A stretch of 64,000 bases of DNA from Planctomycetota bacterium. Lineage in GTDB: Bacteria; Planctomycetota; JAJSAM01; JAJVHW01. The stretch is taken from contig CBDFJG010000002.1 in assembly GCA_965248445.1 (NCBI GenBank), forward strand, positions 1 through 64,000, in the 5' to 3' direction. This document shows, one piece after another, positions 8,179-17,877 of this stretch. The number at the start of each line of letters is the position of its first letter. Position 1 is the first letter of the stretch. The notes under the pieces are model-generated. The model had not been told where the DNA came from. It ran no database searches and was given only the letters and a program-made list of their open reading frames with translations. Position numbers and translations under genes: made by a program.

Positions 8179-10925
8179 CGACGTGCGCTCGCCCCGCCGC
8201 TGACGCTGCGATCGACCTCTTCCAGCGACGGTTTCTCAACCGCACGGACTGCGTGGCCGTCCGGACCGACCGCGGCACGCCTCGTCCGGTGGATGCCAAC
8301 GGCACGCTGGACGGGCTGTTGCGCGGACACCTGCTCGGTGACGCCGCGCCCATCGCCAAGGTCCGCTTCCGCAGCAGCCGCGGCGCCGGCGCGATGTCCG
8401 GCCGTTTCCGCATCGGAAGCTACTGCCCCGCGCCGGACAACAGCACCCGCTGGCTCTGCCTCGACTTCGACGGCGCCGGCCACGCCGAGGCGCTGGCGGA
8501 TCCGGCGGCCGTCGCGCGCACGGCCTACGACCGGTTCGCTGCAGCGGGCCTCCCGGCGTACCTCGAGCGATCGGGCGGCGGGAACGGCTGGCACCTGTGG
8601 TGCTTCTTCGACCCACCGATCCCGGCCGCGAAGGCGCAGGCCCTGGGGCGCGCGCTCGCACCGACGGACGCCCCTCTCGCCAACGGCGGTGTGGCGGACC
8701 CGCGATCCGCACGCGGGATCGAGGTGTTCCCAAAGCAGGCCAAGATCAGGAAGAACGGCTACGGGAACCTCGTGTGGCTCCCGTGGTGGGACGGGGCTCC
8801 CGAGGGCGCCAACCTCTTCTACCGCCCGGGAGACGCCGGCCACCTCGCCCCCTTCACGCCCGAGGACCTCGACGTCGCGGACACGGCCGACGTCGCGCGC
8901 GTGTTGGCCGACGTCGCCGCGCTGGAGGCCGCGGTGGCCCCGGGCGTCGATGCGAACACATCGTCCGAACACGGCGCAACGTGGGCGGGCTGGCGGCGCC
9001 AAGCGCTCGACGCGCTTCCCCTGGAGTCCGTCTACAGCGCCTGGCTCACGGGCAGGTCGTCGGGTCCCGCGTGGATGGAGTGCCGGGATCCCTCGTCCCC
9101 CTCCGGCGATACGAACCCCTCGGCAGGCGTCGCGGACGGCACGGGGGATGCCGAGCGTGGCGTGTTCCACTCGTTCATCTCAGGGAAGACGAGCTCGGTT
9201 TTCGACTTCCTGGTCGGCCACGGCGGCTGCGCTGACTTCCGGGCGAGCTGCGCGCGCGTCGCCGATCTGGCCGGTGTCCCGCTGCCGGCGCCGACCGGCG
9301 GCACCGGGACCACGAGTGGGCGGCGCCGGCCACGGCCCCGCATCCAGGTGAACGGACGGCCCCTCGACTTCGTAGTCGCAGACGCCTGGCGCGCCGTCCA
9401 CGGCGCGAACCGCCGTCGCCCGCTCGTTTTTCGGCGAGGCTCGTCCATGGTGCGCCTGTTGCGGGAGGAGAAGGGCGCGCGGCTGGAGGTGCTCACTGAG
9501 ACGGGCGTCTACGGGCACCTCGCAAGCGTGGCTGACTGGGTGCGAGCCACGCAGGACGGCGACGTGCTGATGTTCCCGAGCAAGGATGCCGCCCGCGTCA
9601 TGCTCGACCTCCCAGACCAGAAGCTGCAGCCGCTCGACGCCGTCGTCGCGACGCCGGTCTTTGCCCCCGACGGATCGTTGGTTGCGCGCCCGGGCTACCA
9701 CGCCGGGGCACGGCTGTGGCACGAGCCGCCACCGGGTTTCACGGTCCCGCCCGTGCCCGAACGGCCGTCGGCGGCTGAACTCGAAGCGGCACGGACACTC
9801 CTCTTCGACGAGCTGCTGTGTGACTTCCCATTCGTGGACGGCGCAGCGCGGGCCCACGTGCTGGCGGCGATGCTTCTTCCGTTCGTTCGTCGCCTCATCC
9901 CGGGTCCCACTCCCATCCACCTCTTCGAGGCGCCCGCGGAGGGCTCGGGCAAGAACCTGCTCGTGAACGTCGTCGCCGTGCTCGTCACGGGCACGGCCGC
10001 CACGGGTGGTTCGATCCCACGCGACGATGACGAGGTACGGAAGAAGCTCGGCGCCGAGCTTGCGAGCGGCCGGCCCCTCTTGGTCCTCGACAACGCGGAG
10101 ACACGGCGACGCCTCGACAGTTCGGCGATCGCCTCGGCAACGACGATGTGGCCCGAGTGGACCGATCGTCTGCTCGGGCACAACAGGACGTTCTCGGTGC
10201 CGAACGACGTGCTGTGGGTGCTGACGGCGAACAACCCGCGCCTCTCCCGCGAGATCGCGCGGCGCTGCGTGAGCATCCGCATCGACTCGGGCACGGACCG
10301 GCCGTGGCTGCGGACCGGGTTTCGCCACCCGGACCTGCTCGACTGGACACTGGCCGAGAGGGCTCGGCTCATCCACGCGGTGCTCGTGCTGGTGCAGAAC
10401 TGGATCGCGCGGGGACGCCCACCGGGTACGACGCGAATCGGTAGCTTCGAGCGGTGGTCGGAAACGGTCGGTGGCATCCTCGCCGCGGCCGGCGTCGAGG
10501 GCTTCCTCGGCAACCTGGAAGCGCTCTACGCGGCGGCCGACGCGGAAGGGACGATGTGGCGGGCGTTCATCCGCGCGTGGTGGGAGACGCACGGCGAGAA
10601 GCCCGTGCGCGTCGCGGAGCTCATCTCCCTCTGCGGGACAGCCGACCTCATGGGGCGCGTCCTCGGCGACGGGAGCGAGCGATCGCAGAGCACGCGCCTC
10701 GGCAACGCCCTGCAGAACGCGCGCGACCGCGTGTTTGCGGAGTGGCAGATCGAGTCGGCCGGTCGCGACGCCCACTCGAAGGCGGCCCTCTACCGCCTCG
10801 CCGAGGCGAGCGACGTCCCGACGGTCGCTGCGCCGGCCATGCGAGCCGCCGAGGCCCACGCCCCAGCTCCGGACCAGGGCGAACTCTGGATACCGAGTCT
10901 CATGGACTTCGGAGACGGACTGTGA
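8175..10925 (+). CDS. AEP-type primase fused to a P-loop ATPase/helicase-like domain
   Basis: WLCLDFD, ERSGGGNGWHLW, GYGNLVWLP (AEP); APAEGSGKN and LLVLDN (P-loop). Confidence 0.8.
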   Translation: MTTCARPAADAAIDLFQRRFLNRTDCVAVRTDRGTPRPVDANGTLDGLLRGHLLGDAAPIAKVRFRSSRGAGAMSGRFRIGSYCPAPDNSTRWLCLDFDGAGHAEALADPAAVARTAYDRFAAAGLPAYLERSGGGNGWHLWCFFDPPIPAAKAQALGRALAPTDAPLANGGVADPRSARGIEVFPKQAKIRKNGYGNLVWLPWWDGAPEGANLFYRPGDAGHLAPFTPEDLDVADTADVARVLADVAALEAAVAPGVDANTSSEHGATWAGWRRQALDALPLESVYSAWLTGRSSGPAWMECRDPSSPSGDTNPSAGVADGTGDAERGVFHSFISGKTSSVFDFLVGHGGCADFRASCARVADLAGVPLPAPTGGTGTTSGRRRPRPRIQVNGRPLDFVVADAWRAVHGANRRRPLVFRRGSSMVRLLREEKGARLEVLTETGVYGHLASVADWVRATQDGDVLMFPSKDAARVMLDLPDQKLQPLDAVVATPVFAPDGSLVARPGYHAGARLWHEPPPGFTVPPVPERPSAAELEAARTLLFDELLCDFPFVDGAARAHVLAAMLLPFVRRLIPGPTPIHLFEAPAEGSGKNLLVNVVAVLVTGTAATGGSIPRDDDEVRKKLGAELASGRPLLVLDNAETRRRLDSSAIASATTMWPEWTDRLLGHNRTFSVPNDVLWVLTANNPRLSREIARRCVSIRIDSGTDRPWLRTGFRHPDLLDWTLAERARLIHAVLVLVQNWIARGRPPGTTRIGSFERWSETVGGILAAAGVEGFLGNLEALYAAADAEGTMWRAFIRAWWETHGEKPVRVAELISLCGTADLMGRVLGDGSERSQSTRLGNALQNARDRVFAEWQIESAGRDAHSKAALYRLAEASDVPTVAAPAMRAAEAHAPAPDQGELWIPSLMDFGDGL

Positions 10926-11191
10926 GCCACGACGCCGGTCTGCCCGGGCGCGCTCCCGTCGCGCCGTTCGGCGAGCCGCTGGTGGACACCGCCACGGTGG
11001 CTGCCTATCTCTCGGTGGACACCGCAACCGTCTACCGCCTCGCCAAGAAGGCCGACCTTCCGGCCATCGAGGTCGCGCCCCGCGTCCTGCGCTTCCGGCC
11101 CGATGACGTGCGCACCTTCCTGGATCGGCGAACGCGCACCTCCGTGCGATCTGACCGCGTCACGCGGCTTCTCGGGGACCGCCGTGGCTGA
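10922..11191 (+). CDS. Excisionase-like HTH protein
   Basis: GTGA overlap; VAAYLSVDTATVYRLAKKADLPA...LRF pattern; directly upstream of the integrase. Confidence 0.8.
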   Translation: MSHDAGLPGRAPVAPFGEPLVDTATVAAYLSVDTATVYRLAKKADLPAIEVAPRVLRFRPDDVRTFLDRRTRTSVRSDRVTRLLGDRRG

Positions 11192-11288
11192 CCCGGCGGA
11201 ACCTACTGGATGTTCTCCCGCGCAAGAGCGTGCATCGGGACCTGCCGCGCTCCGCCTGGTGGGGCACGCGGAGCCCGGAGAACGCGAG

Positions 11289-12383
11289 ATGGCAGGAGAG
11301 ACGAAGAGGAAGACCCGCAGGAGCAAGCGCAAGCGCCGCTTCGGCAACATCTACTCGCGCAAGTGGGGCTCAGGCCGCCGGACCTGGTCGGCCAAGTACT
11401 TCTGCCGCAAGGAGCGGCGCTGGATCACACGGGCGTTCGACACCGAGAAGGAGGCCAAGGACTTCCTCGACGAGGTCGAGAAGCGCATCCTGGCCGAGGC
11501 CTACGAGGTCCCGCCCACCCTCTCGGAGGCGCAGGAGCGGGCCGTGCAGGCCAGCGTCGAGAGCGCCCCACGCGACGTCCCCACGCTGGTCGGCTACGCC
11601 AAGGACGTGATCGAGCGCCGCTTCGAGCCGGTCCTGGCCAAGGGGACCATGGGTGTCTACCGCGCGGCACTTCGGGCTTGGACCGAGTACTTCGGGGAGC
11701 GTGACGGCCAGCGGGCCGTGCGGCTGGATGAGATCACGCCTGCCCGCTGGCTGGACTACCGGGCCTGGCGCGCGACGACCCGGAACTCGTCCTACGGGAA
11801 GAAGACGACCGTCAGCCCACGGACGCTGAACGCCGACCAGCAGAGCGTCATCCGCATCCTGAACGAGGCCGTGCTCGACGGGCACCTCGACGCCAACCCG
11901 CTCGCCGGCATCAAGAAGCTGCGCGAGACACGGCGGCCCCGGCGCTACCTGACGAAGAAGGAACTCGGCGCGCTCATCACCAACTGCCCCGAGCACTTCC
12001 GGCCCTTCCTCCTGACCGCCATCTACACGGGTGCGCGCAAGGGTGAGCTCACGGCACTTCGCTGGTCGGACATCGACTTCACCGACGCGAAGATCTCGCT
12101 CTACCGGCCGAAGACCGGGACCGCCGACCTGCTCGACCTGCACGGCGCGGTGGCCGGGGAACTGGAGCGACTGCGGGACGAGCGACCGAACGTCTCGCCG
12201 GACGACCATGTGTTCCTCTCGACCCGCGGGACGCCCTTCGTTGAGATCCGCCGGTCGTGGGAACTGGCGCTGAAGGCCGCCGGGCTGGGTGGCCGCAAGG
12301 GGCTGACGCCCCACTCGCTGCGCCACAGTTTCGCGACCCACTTCCTCCAGAACGGCGGCGCGGTCACCGACCTCCAGCAGCAG
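11289..12383 (+). pseudogene. Tyrosine integrase truncated before LGH and the catalytic Tyr (alternative start GTG 11184)
   Basis: TGARKGEL and HSLRHSFAT present; sequence departs from the family after DLQQQ. Confidence 0.85.
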
Positions 12384-12698
12384 CGGCCCGGGCTCCCAGA
12401 AGAGGCACGCGCCGTCGGGAATGCGGAGCCCGGTCGGGGGCTCGACCGTCCCCTCGGGGGCCTTCAGCTCGAGGGCGTAGCGGTAGGCCCAGGGGCCGGC
12501 GTGACAGTCTTCGTCGATGTACCGGACGCGATAGTCGAGGCGCTCGCCGACGAGGCCGGAGAGCTGGAAGTCGGCCGCGTCGGCGCGGAGGAGCGGAAGC
12601 GCCGTCCAGTCGAGGACGTCGTCGGCGTCCTCGGTCGCGACCCGCCAATGCAGCTCCATCATGTGCCCGCAGGCCTCGCCGTGCTGCTCGAGCGTCAT
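12384..12698 (-). pseudogene. N-terminal fragment of a possible FN3-like tail-associated protein, truncated at the integrase junction
   Basis: ATGA overlap with the upstream gene; YRVRYI...GPW...PPTGLRI; runs into integrase antisense. Confidence 0.45.
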
Positions 12699-13089
12699 CG
12701 GTTCTTCCGCTTCTGCCGGCGTCGGCGACGACGGCGCTTCTTCTTCTTCTTCGGCGGCGCCGTCGGGATCGTGACCGAGACAGTCGCGACCATCGGGGGC
12801 GGGGGGAGCGTCGTCAGACTCGCGGGCGGCGTCGTGGCAGCGCTCACGGGTGGCGCGGCGACCGAATTCGAGCCGGCTCCGCCTCCGGTACCCAGCTCCG
12901 GCTCGGGAGTACCGACGTCGGGCGGATCGGGGTTGCCGGCCGCCGATCCGCCGGGGAGCGTCGCTTCGTCGGCCGTCGCGACCGCCCAGCTCGGAGGCGT
13001 GCCCGTGTCGGCCGTGTAGACCGCCGAGGCCTTCGGGAGGAGCACGAGGCCGGCCGCCAGGTCGGCCGCGGGGTCGACCCGGTGCACGA
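12695..13089 (-). pseudogene. C-terminal fragment resembling a phage tail-tip/host-specificity protein, cut by IS66
   Basis: LVHRVDPAADLAAGLVLLPKASAVYTADTGTPPSW resembles tail J-type segments (from recall); polybasic C-terminus. Confidence 0.45.
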
Positions 13090-14589
13090 GTAACCGTTCA
13101 CCCCTTGACAGCGTGTGAGCCTCAGCGTGCGACGGGCAGCGGGACCATGACGGGCGGGTCGGCGCCGGTGAGGTGCGCGGCGACCGAGTCGGCGAGGAAG
13201 TCGAAGACTTGGTCGCCACGGCGTCGCAGCGTGGCCGCGGCGGTCAACACGCGCTCGGCGAAGCGGAGTCCGCGAGCGGACTGGCTTCCGAAGGAGCCCT
13301 TGCGCCAGAGCACCGCTTTGCGGACCGCGCGCTCGGCGGCGTTGTTCGTCGGACTCACGTCCTGGGTCCGCGCATAGGTGAAGAGGGCGACCACGCGGGG
13401 GCGCAGATGGTTGGCCAGAGCCGAGTCGTCGTTCGCGATCAGTCGCTCGAGCCGTCCGCGCAGCACAGCGGCTTCGCCTTGCAGCCGGTCACGGTCGCCG
13501 TGCTCACCGAAGAGCCGGTAGCTGCGCATGACCGACTGCGCGATCATGACGCCCTTGTTGCCGAAGCGGCGATGTCCTCGCGGGCCTTCGGCCAGCGCAC
13601 GGAAGGCGCGCTCGATGTGCGCCCAGCAGAGCTGGCGGCGGGCAAGTGGGTGTGACTCGTAGGCACCCATCCGGTCGCTGATCACCGTGCCACCGAAGCG
13701 CCGCCCGATCAGCCGCCCTTTCGCCTTGGCACTGCGGCGGCGATCGATCCCGAAGGCTGTGGCGTGCTCGCTCTCCGCCGCCCACAGCCAGCACACCCGG
13801 CCCCGTTCCTTCCACGACGTCTCGTCCACGTTGGCTCGCAGCGACGTGCGGACTGCCCCGAGGGCTTCGAGGTACGACGAGTGCAGAGCGTCACTGAGCC
13901 GACGCTCACAGTCGCTGATCTTGCCCAGCGACATCTTCACACCGAAGATCTCACCGAGCAGCCGCTGCGTCTCCCGCACGCTCACGCGGTACACGCCGCG
14001 CAGCGCGCCGGCAAGTGTGGTCAGCCGCGGACCGAAGGCCCCGGTCGGCACGCCATCGGGCAGGACCGCCGTCGTGACCGCACGACAGCGCCGGCACCGC
14101 GCCTTGTGCAGCCGGTGCTCCCGCACCGTGACGAGCACGCGCGGGAGCACCGTCACCTGGTGCCGGTACGGATCGCCGATGCCCTGCTCGAGATCGTCGT
14201 GTCCGCACGCGTCGCAGAGGTCGGGACGGTGCTCCTTGGTCTCATCGACGTTGGACGGATCCACCAGCTCGCGCGCCGTGCCCTCATGGCCCGGCTGTCC
14301 GCCCTGCTTGCGACCGCTACGCGGCCTTCGGCCGCGACGGCGCTTGGACCACGCCGGGTCCGACGACGGAGGCCTCGAGCTGTTGCGGGAGTCACGCTTC
14401 AGACGCGACTCGAGCTCGTCGATGCGGCGCAGATGCTTCGCTTCGCGACGCTCCAGCTCCTCGATCCAGGCCAGAAGGCCCTCGACCATCGCCCGCAGAT
14501 CCTCGTCCTGCCGCTCGCCCACAACATCTTGATCGACCGATGGCCGAACGATCTGGATCCTGGCTCGCGACGAAGGGGTGAACGGTTAC
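13090..14589 (-). mobile_element. IS66-family element, single-ORF (ISBst12-like)
   Basis: Perfect 17-bp terminal inverted repeat GTAACCGTTCACCCCTT; no target duplication. Confidence 0.92.
13122..14522 (-). CDS. IS66 transposase
   Basis: NSSRPPSSD, GGQPGHEG, VDETSW, QLCWAH, TNNAAERAVR. Confidence 0.95.
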   Translation of the reverse strand: MGERQDEDLRAMVEGLLAWIEELERREAKHLRRIDELESRLKRDSRNSSRPPSSDPAWSKRRRGRRPRSGRKQGGQPGHEGTARELVDPSNVDETKEHRPDLCDACGHDDLEQGIGDPYRHQVTVLPRVLVTVREHRLHKARCRRCRAVTTAVLPDGVPTGAFGPRLTTLAGALRGVYRVSVRETQRLLGEIFGVKMSLGKISDCERRLSDALHSSYLEALGAVRTSLRANVDETSWKERGRVCWLWAAESEHATAFGIDRRRSAKAKGRLIGRRFGGTVISDRMGAYESHPLARRQLCWAHIERAFRALAEGPRGHRRFGNKGVMIAQSVMRSYRLFGEHGDRDRLQGEAAVLRGRLERLIANDDSALANHLRPRVVALFTYARTQDVSPTNNAAERAVRKAVLWRKGSFGSQSARGLRFAERVLTAAATLRRRGDQVFDFLADSVAAHLTGADPPVMVPLPVAR

Positions 14590-14713
14590 GCCGACTACGC
14601 GTGCGTTGATGCGTTGAGGGGGAATCGTCTCGCACGGGTGTTGGACGGCGGGTGGACATCTGCGCACGGTGATGAACTCACCGTTCTCGGTGTTCGGCGC
14701 GCGGTACGAGGGG

Positions 14714-15616
14714 TCAGTTCCGCCCACGCAGCTTCGACAGCAGGATCAGGATCTCGATGTAGAGCCAGACCAGCGTGACGAGCAGGCCGAAGGCGCCGTA
14801 CCACTCCATGTACTTGGGCGCGCCGCGCGCGGCACCCTCTTCGATGAAGTCGAAGTCGAGAACGAGGTTGAGCGCGGCGATGACCACGACGAACGCGCTG
14901 AACGCGATGCCGATCGTGCCGGACTCGTGGATGTACGGGATGCCCGAGCCGAAGAACGACATCACCCAGCCGACGATGTAGACCAGGAAGATGCCCCCCG
15001 TGGCCGCGGCGACGCCGAGCTTGAAGTTCTCGGTCGCCTTGATGAGCCCGCTGCGGTAGGCGAAGAGCAGCGCGAAGAGCGTCCCGAACGTGAGCGCCAC
15101 GGCCTGGAACGCGATGCCCGGATAGGCCACCTCGAACATCGCGGACACGCCGCCGAGGAACAGTCCCTCGAGTGCGGCGTAGAGCGGGGCGGTGACCGGC
15201 GACCACGTCTTCTTGAACACGGTGACCATGGCGACCACGAAGCCGCCGATCATGCCGCCCAGGACCCAGAGGCGCATCGCTGCGAAGCCGTCGGCGAGCC
15301 CCGCAGCCTCGGGGAGACCCACGAGGGCCTCCATCGCCAGCGACCACGTGTACCAGGCCGCCGCGCCGAGTATCGCCAGCAGGATCGCGGTCTTGGCGAC
15401 CGTGCTGTGCAGCGTCATCACCTCGCCCGGATCCGCATACTCCCCGGGATCCTGATACTCGCCGGGGGCGTCGAGTACGACCGGCCCGGGCGGGGGACTC
15501 CCACGCCGACTGCGACGGCGCGTGCTTGATCCCATCGCGGCCGGAACTGCCGAGCCGAACTGCTCGAAGTCGTCGAACGTCTTGTCGTTCAGTGCGGGAT
15601 TGGCGGTGCGCATCAT
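14714..15616 (-). CDS. Bax inhibitor-1/YccA family membrane protein
   Basis: MRTANPAL start; LVLDFDFIE..APKYMEWYGAFGLLVTLVWLYIEIL. Confidence 0.9.
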   Translation of the reverse strand: MMRTANPALNDKTFDDFEQFGSAVPAAMGSSTRRRSRRGSPPPGPVVLDAPGEYQDPGEYADPGEVMTLHSTVAKTAILLAILGAAAWYTWSLAMEALVGLPEAAGLADGFAAMRLWVLGGMIGGFVVAMVTVFKKTWSPVTAPLYAALEGLFLGGVSAMFEVAYPGIAFQAVALTFGTLFALLFAYRSGLIKATENFKLGVAAATGGIFLVYIVGWVMSFFGSGIPYIHESGTIGIAFSAFVVVIAALNLVLDFDFIEEGAARGAPKYMEWYGAFGLLVTLVWLYIEILILLSKLRGRN

Positions 15617-15689
15617 CGTCGGAGGGCCTCCTGCGGCGGACCCATCTTGCGGGATCGGCGGGGCGGAGAGAGAGGAAGTGCGGCGCCGG

Positions 15690-15710
15690 TGGAATGCGGG
15701 ACACTGGCAA
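15690..15710 (+). repeat. GAAAGCGGGACAC-family repeat, copy a
   Basis: TGGAATGCGGGACACTGGCAA; shares GCGGGACACTGGCAA with copy d. Confidence 0.7.
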
Positions 15711-15764
15711 TTTCGCCAGCGGCGAAGATCTGCGCCCGGTGGGAGATCCCACCGTCCTCGGTAT

Positions 15765-15910
15765 TCAGACGGGGCTGTCGAGCACGATCACGTCCGCATC
15801 CTTGCCGGCCTCGAGGGACCCCACGCGATCGGCAACACCGAGGATTCTGCGGGAGTCAGTGTGACTGCGCGGAGTGCTGCGTCCTACTCGAGGCCGTGCG
15901 CCATGGCGAG
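15765..15910 (-). pseudogene. Amidohydrolase 3'-end fragment, copy 1 (internal stop and frameshift)
   Basis: LAMAHGLE*DAALRAVTLTPA/ILGVADRVGSLEAGKDADVIVLDSPV*. Confidence 0.8.
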
Positions 15911-15947
15911 ATCTGCGTGTTCGATACGAGGTTGGAACTAGATCCGG

Positions 15948-15962
15948 GTGTCCCGCTTTCCA
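15948..15962 (-). repeat. GAAAGCGGGACAC-family repeat, copy b
   Basis: Minus strand TGA-CTT-GGAAAGCGGGACAC directly after the beta-propeller stop. Confidence 0.7.
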
Positions 15963-15964
15963 AG

Positions 15965-17101
15965 TCAGCGGGTGCGCATCACGTATACGTCCGGGCGTCC
16001 GTTGGTGTCGCTCGCGTCCAGGTCGTCCGTGTCCGCCTCGAAGGCGACGTAACGGCCGTTCGCGCTGAGGGTCAGCGATCCGTACCCATGCTCCTCCGGG
16101 TCCGCCTCGAGGCCCTTCGCGACGCGCGTCAGGACGCGTGTCTTGCGGCGGCGAGCGTCGTGGAAGAACACCTCCTCTAGCGTGTTCTTCTTGCCGGCCA
16201 CGAGATCATCTGCGCGGGAGAAGAACGCGATGTAGCGGCCGTTCGCGCTGATCCTCGGATTGTGTGCGCCGAAAGAGGACGGCGTGTTCTTCGTGCCCCG
16301 GCGGCGCGTGATGAGCTGCGTGCGGCCGCGCCGGATGTCGTAGCGGAACACCGCGTGCACGCCGTCCCCCTCGGTCGCTCCGTCCACGCGAGAGCTGTAA
16401 ATGACGTAGCGTCCACTCGTGCTCATGCGGGGGCAGCACGCTTGCCCGTCGGTCGTGAGAGCGATCGTCTCACCCAGCTCGAGATCGCGCAGGAACACGT
16501 CCGTGCCGTCGTTCTGGTCCTCGGGGACCAGGTTCGGGGCCGCCGTCTGGAACACCACATAGCGGCCGTCCGGACTGAGTCCCCACCCGATGGCGTGCCG
16601 ATTCTGGACTGACCCTGCTGCGACGCCGTCGGCGTCGACGCTCACGAGCGTCGTGGTACCGGTCGTGAAGTCCCGCACGAACACGTCGTTGGCAGAGGTC
16701 GCGTCCACAACGTCGTCCACGAGGTTCGTTGCGCCGCTGCGGAACAGCAGTCGGCTGCCGTCGCCCGAGAACTGGTAGGGGTTGGCGCAGTACTCGTTGG
16801 CGCTCCCCGTCCCTTCGACGTTGACGCTCACGAGCGAGATCTGCTCCGTCTCCATGTCGTACACGAACGTGTTCAATACCGAGCGCGGGCCGTCGACGTG
16901 AGGCGGCGCCGACGTCAGGTCCGACGCGAGGCTCGTGAACGCGATGTAGCGGCCGTCGGGACTGAAGATCGGGCTGAACGACTGGGCGTCGGCGCTGTGC
17001 GCCGTGCCTGCACGATAGGTCATCAGGCGCGTCGTTCCGGTGGCGACCTCGTGCAGGAACAGGTCCTCGTGGTCGTTGTCGTCGATCGTGCCGTCGTCGA
17101 G
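15965..17101 (-). pseudogene. C-terminal part of a TolB/PD40-like beta-propeller gene
   Basis: Repeated SPDGRYIAF/SANGRYVAF/DVFVRD motifs; no native start, abuts the amidohydrolase fragment. Confidence 0.85.
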
Positions 17102-17315
17102 AGGACGCAGCACTTCGCGACGTCCACTGACCCCCGCGGAGATCCTCGGTGTCGCCGATCGCGTCGGGTCGCTCGAGGCCGGCAAGGATGCGGACGTGAT
17201 CATGCTCGACGGCCCGGTCTACCAGCCCCGAACACGTGTCCTCCGCGCTTGGATCCGCGGCACGGAGATCGAGCTGACCTCGCGGCAGATCGAACTCGGC
17301 GACCGCTACCGCTGA
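17097..17315 (+). pseudogene. Amidohydrolase 3'-end fragment, copy 2
   Basis: LTPAEILGVADRVGSLEAGKDADVIMLDGPVYQPRTRVLRAWIRGTEIELTSRQIELGDRYR*. Confidence 0.85.
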
Positions 17316-17348
17316 GGGGGGCCGAGCGGCTGCTGCTACGCTTCCCAC

Positions 17349-17729
17349 ATGGCAGCCTCCGTCGTTCGCAGCCTGTGGGAGCGCATCGAGGTCCGCGATT
17401 GGCCCGGGGTGGCCGAGTTGCTGCACGAGGGCGTAGTCATCGAGTGGCCGCACTCCGGCGAGCGCATCCGGGGCCGCGAGAACTATGTCGCTATGCAGAG
17501 CGAGTACCCGGGCGGCTGGCACGTCACGGTCCTGTCCGTCTCGGCAGGCCAGGCGAAGGTCGCATCCGAGGTGCGCGTGGATCATGCGGACCTGGTCTGC
17601 TTCGGAAGCGGCTTCTACGAGGTGCAGCACGGCCGGATCGTCAGTGGCACCGAGTACTGGACGACTGCGCGCGGCCAGGAGCCGCTCGCGTGGCGGTCGC
17701 ACCTGACCGAGCCGATGGACCCGGTGTAG
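17349..17729 (+). CDS. SnoaL-like/NTF2-family protein
   Basis: IEWPHSGERIRGRENYV...GRIVSGTEYW. Confidence 0.85.
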   Translation: MAASVVRSLWERIEVRDWPGVAELLHEGVVIEWPHSGERIRGRENYVAMQSEYPGGWHVTVLSVSAGQAKVASEVRVDHADLVCFGSGFYEVQHGRIVSGTEYWTTARGQEPLAWRSHLTEPMDPV

Positions 17730-17787
17730 AGATCGGGACACCCCCAACTACCTAAACTGGACTCGATTGCTGGACTGACCCGCGATC
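17730..17787 (+). repeat. GAAAGCGGGACAC-family repeat, copy c (diverged)
   Basis: TAG-AGATCGGGACACCCCCAACTA directly after the SnoaL stop; loosely complementary end TGACCCGCGATC. Confidence 0.5.
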
Positions 17788-17877
17788 GCCTGCTCGCCTC
17801 GTCGGTGGACTCTCTGGCCGTAAGGGTCGGAAGTCAGTCGTCACTCGTCGAGAGCAGTACTGCGGCGCTGCTTCGTG

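Larger units (their letters stand above)
1..13089. mobile_element. Decayed prophage-like/integrative element (replication-recombination module, xis-int, tail remnants); left end outside the window
   Basis: Co-directional, translationally coupled run of phage-type recombination/replication genes ending in excisionase and tyrosine integrase, followed by tail-like fragments. Confidence 0.8.

Noticed and set aside
11103..13019. 638-aa integrase with a novel C-terminal domain
   Set aside because: The extension is antisense read-through after a breakpoint.
14590..14778. Gene remnant right of IS66
   Set aside because: Short open frame with no recognisable motif, overlapping the yccA 3' end.
15965..17203. 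Intact 412-aa propeller ORF
   Set aside because: The first ~34 residues are antisense of the amidohydrolase fragment.
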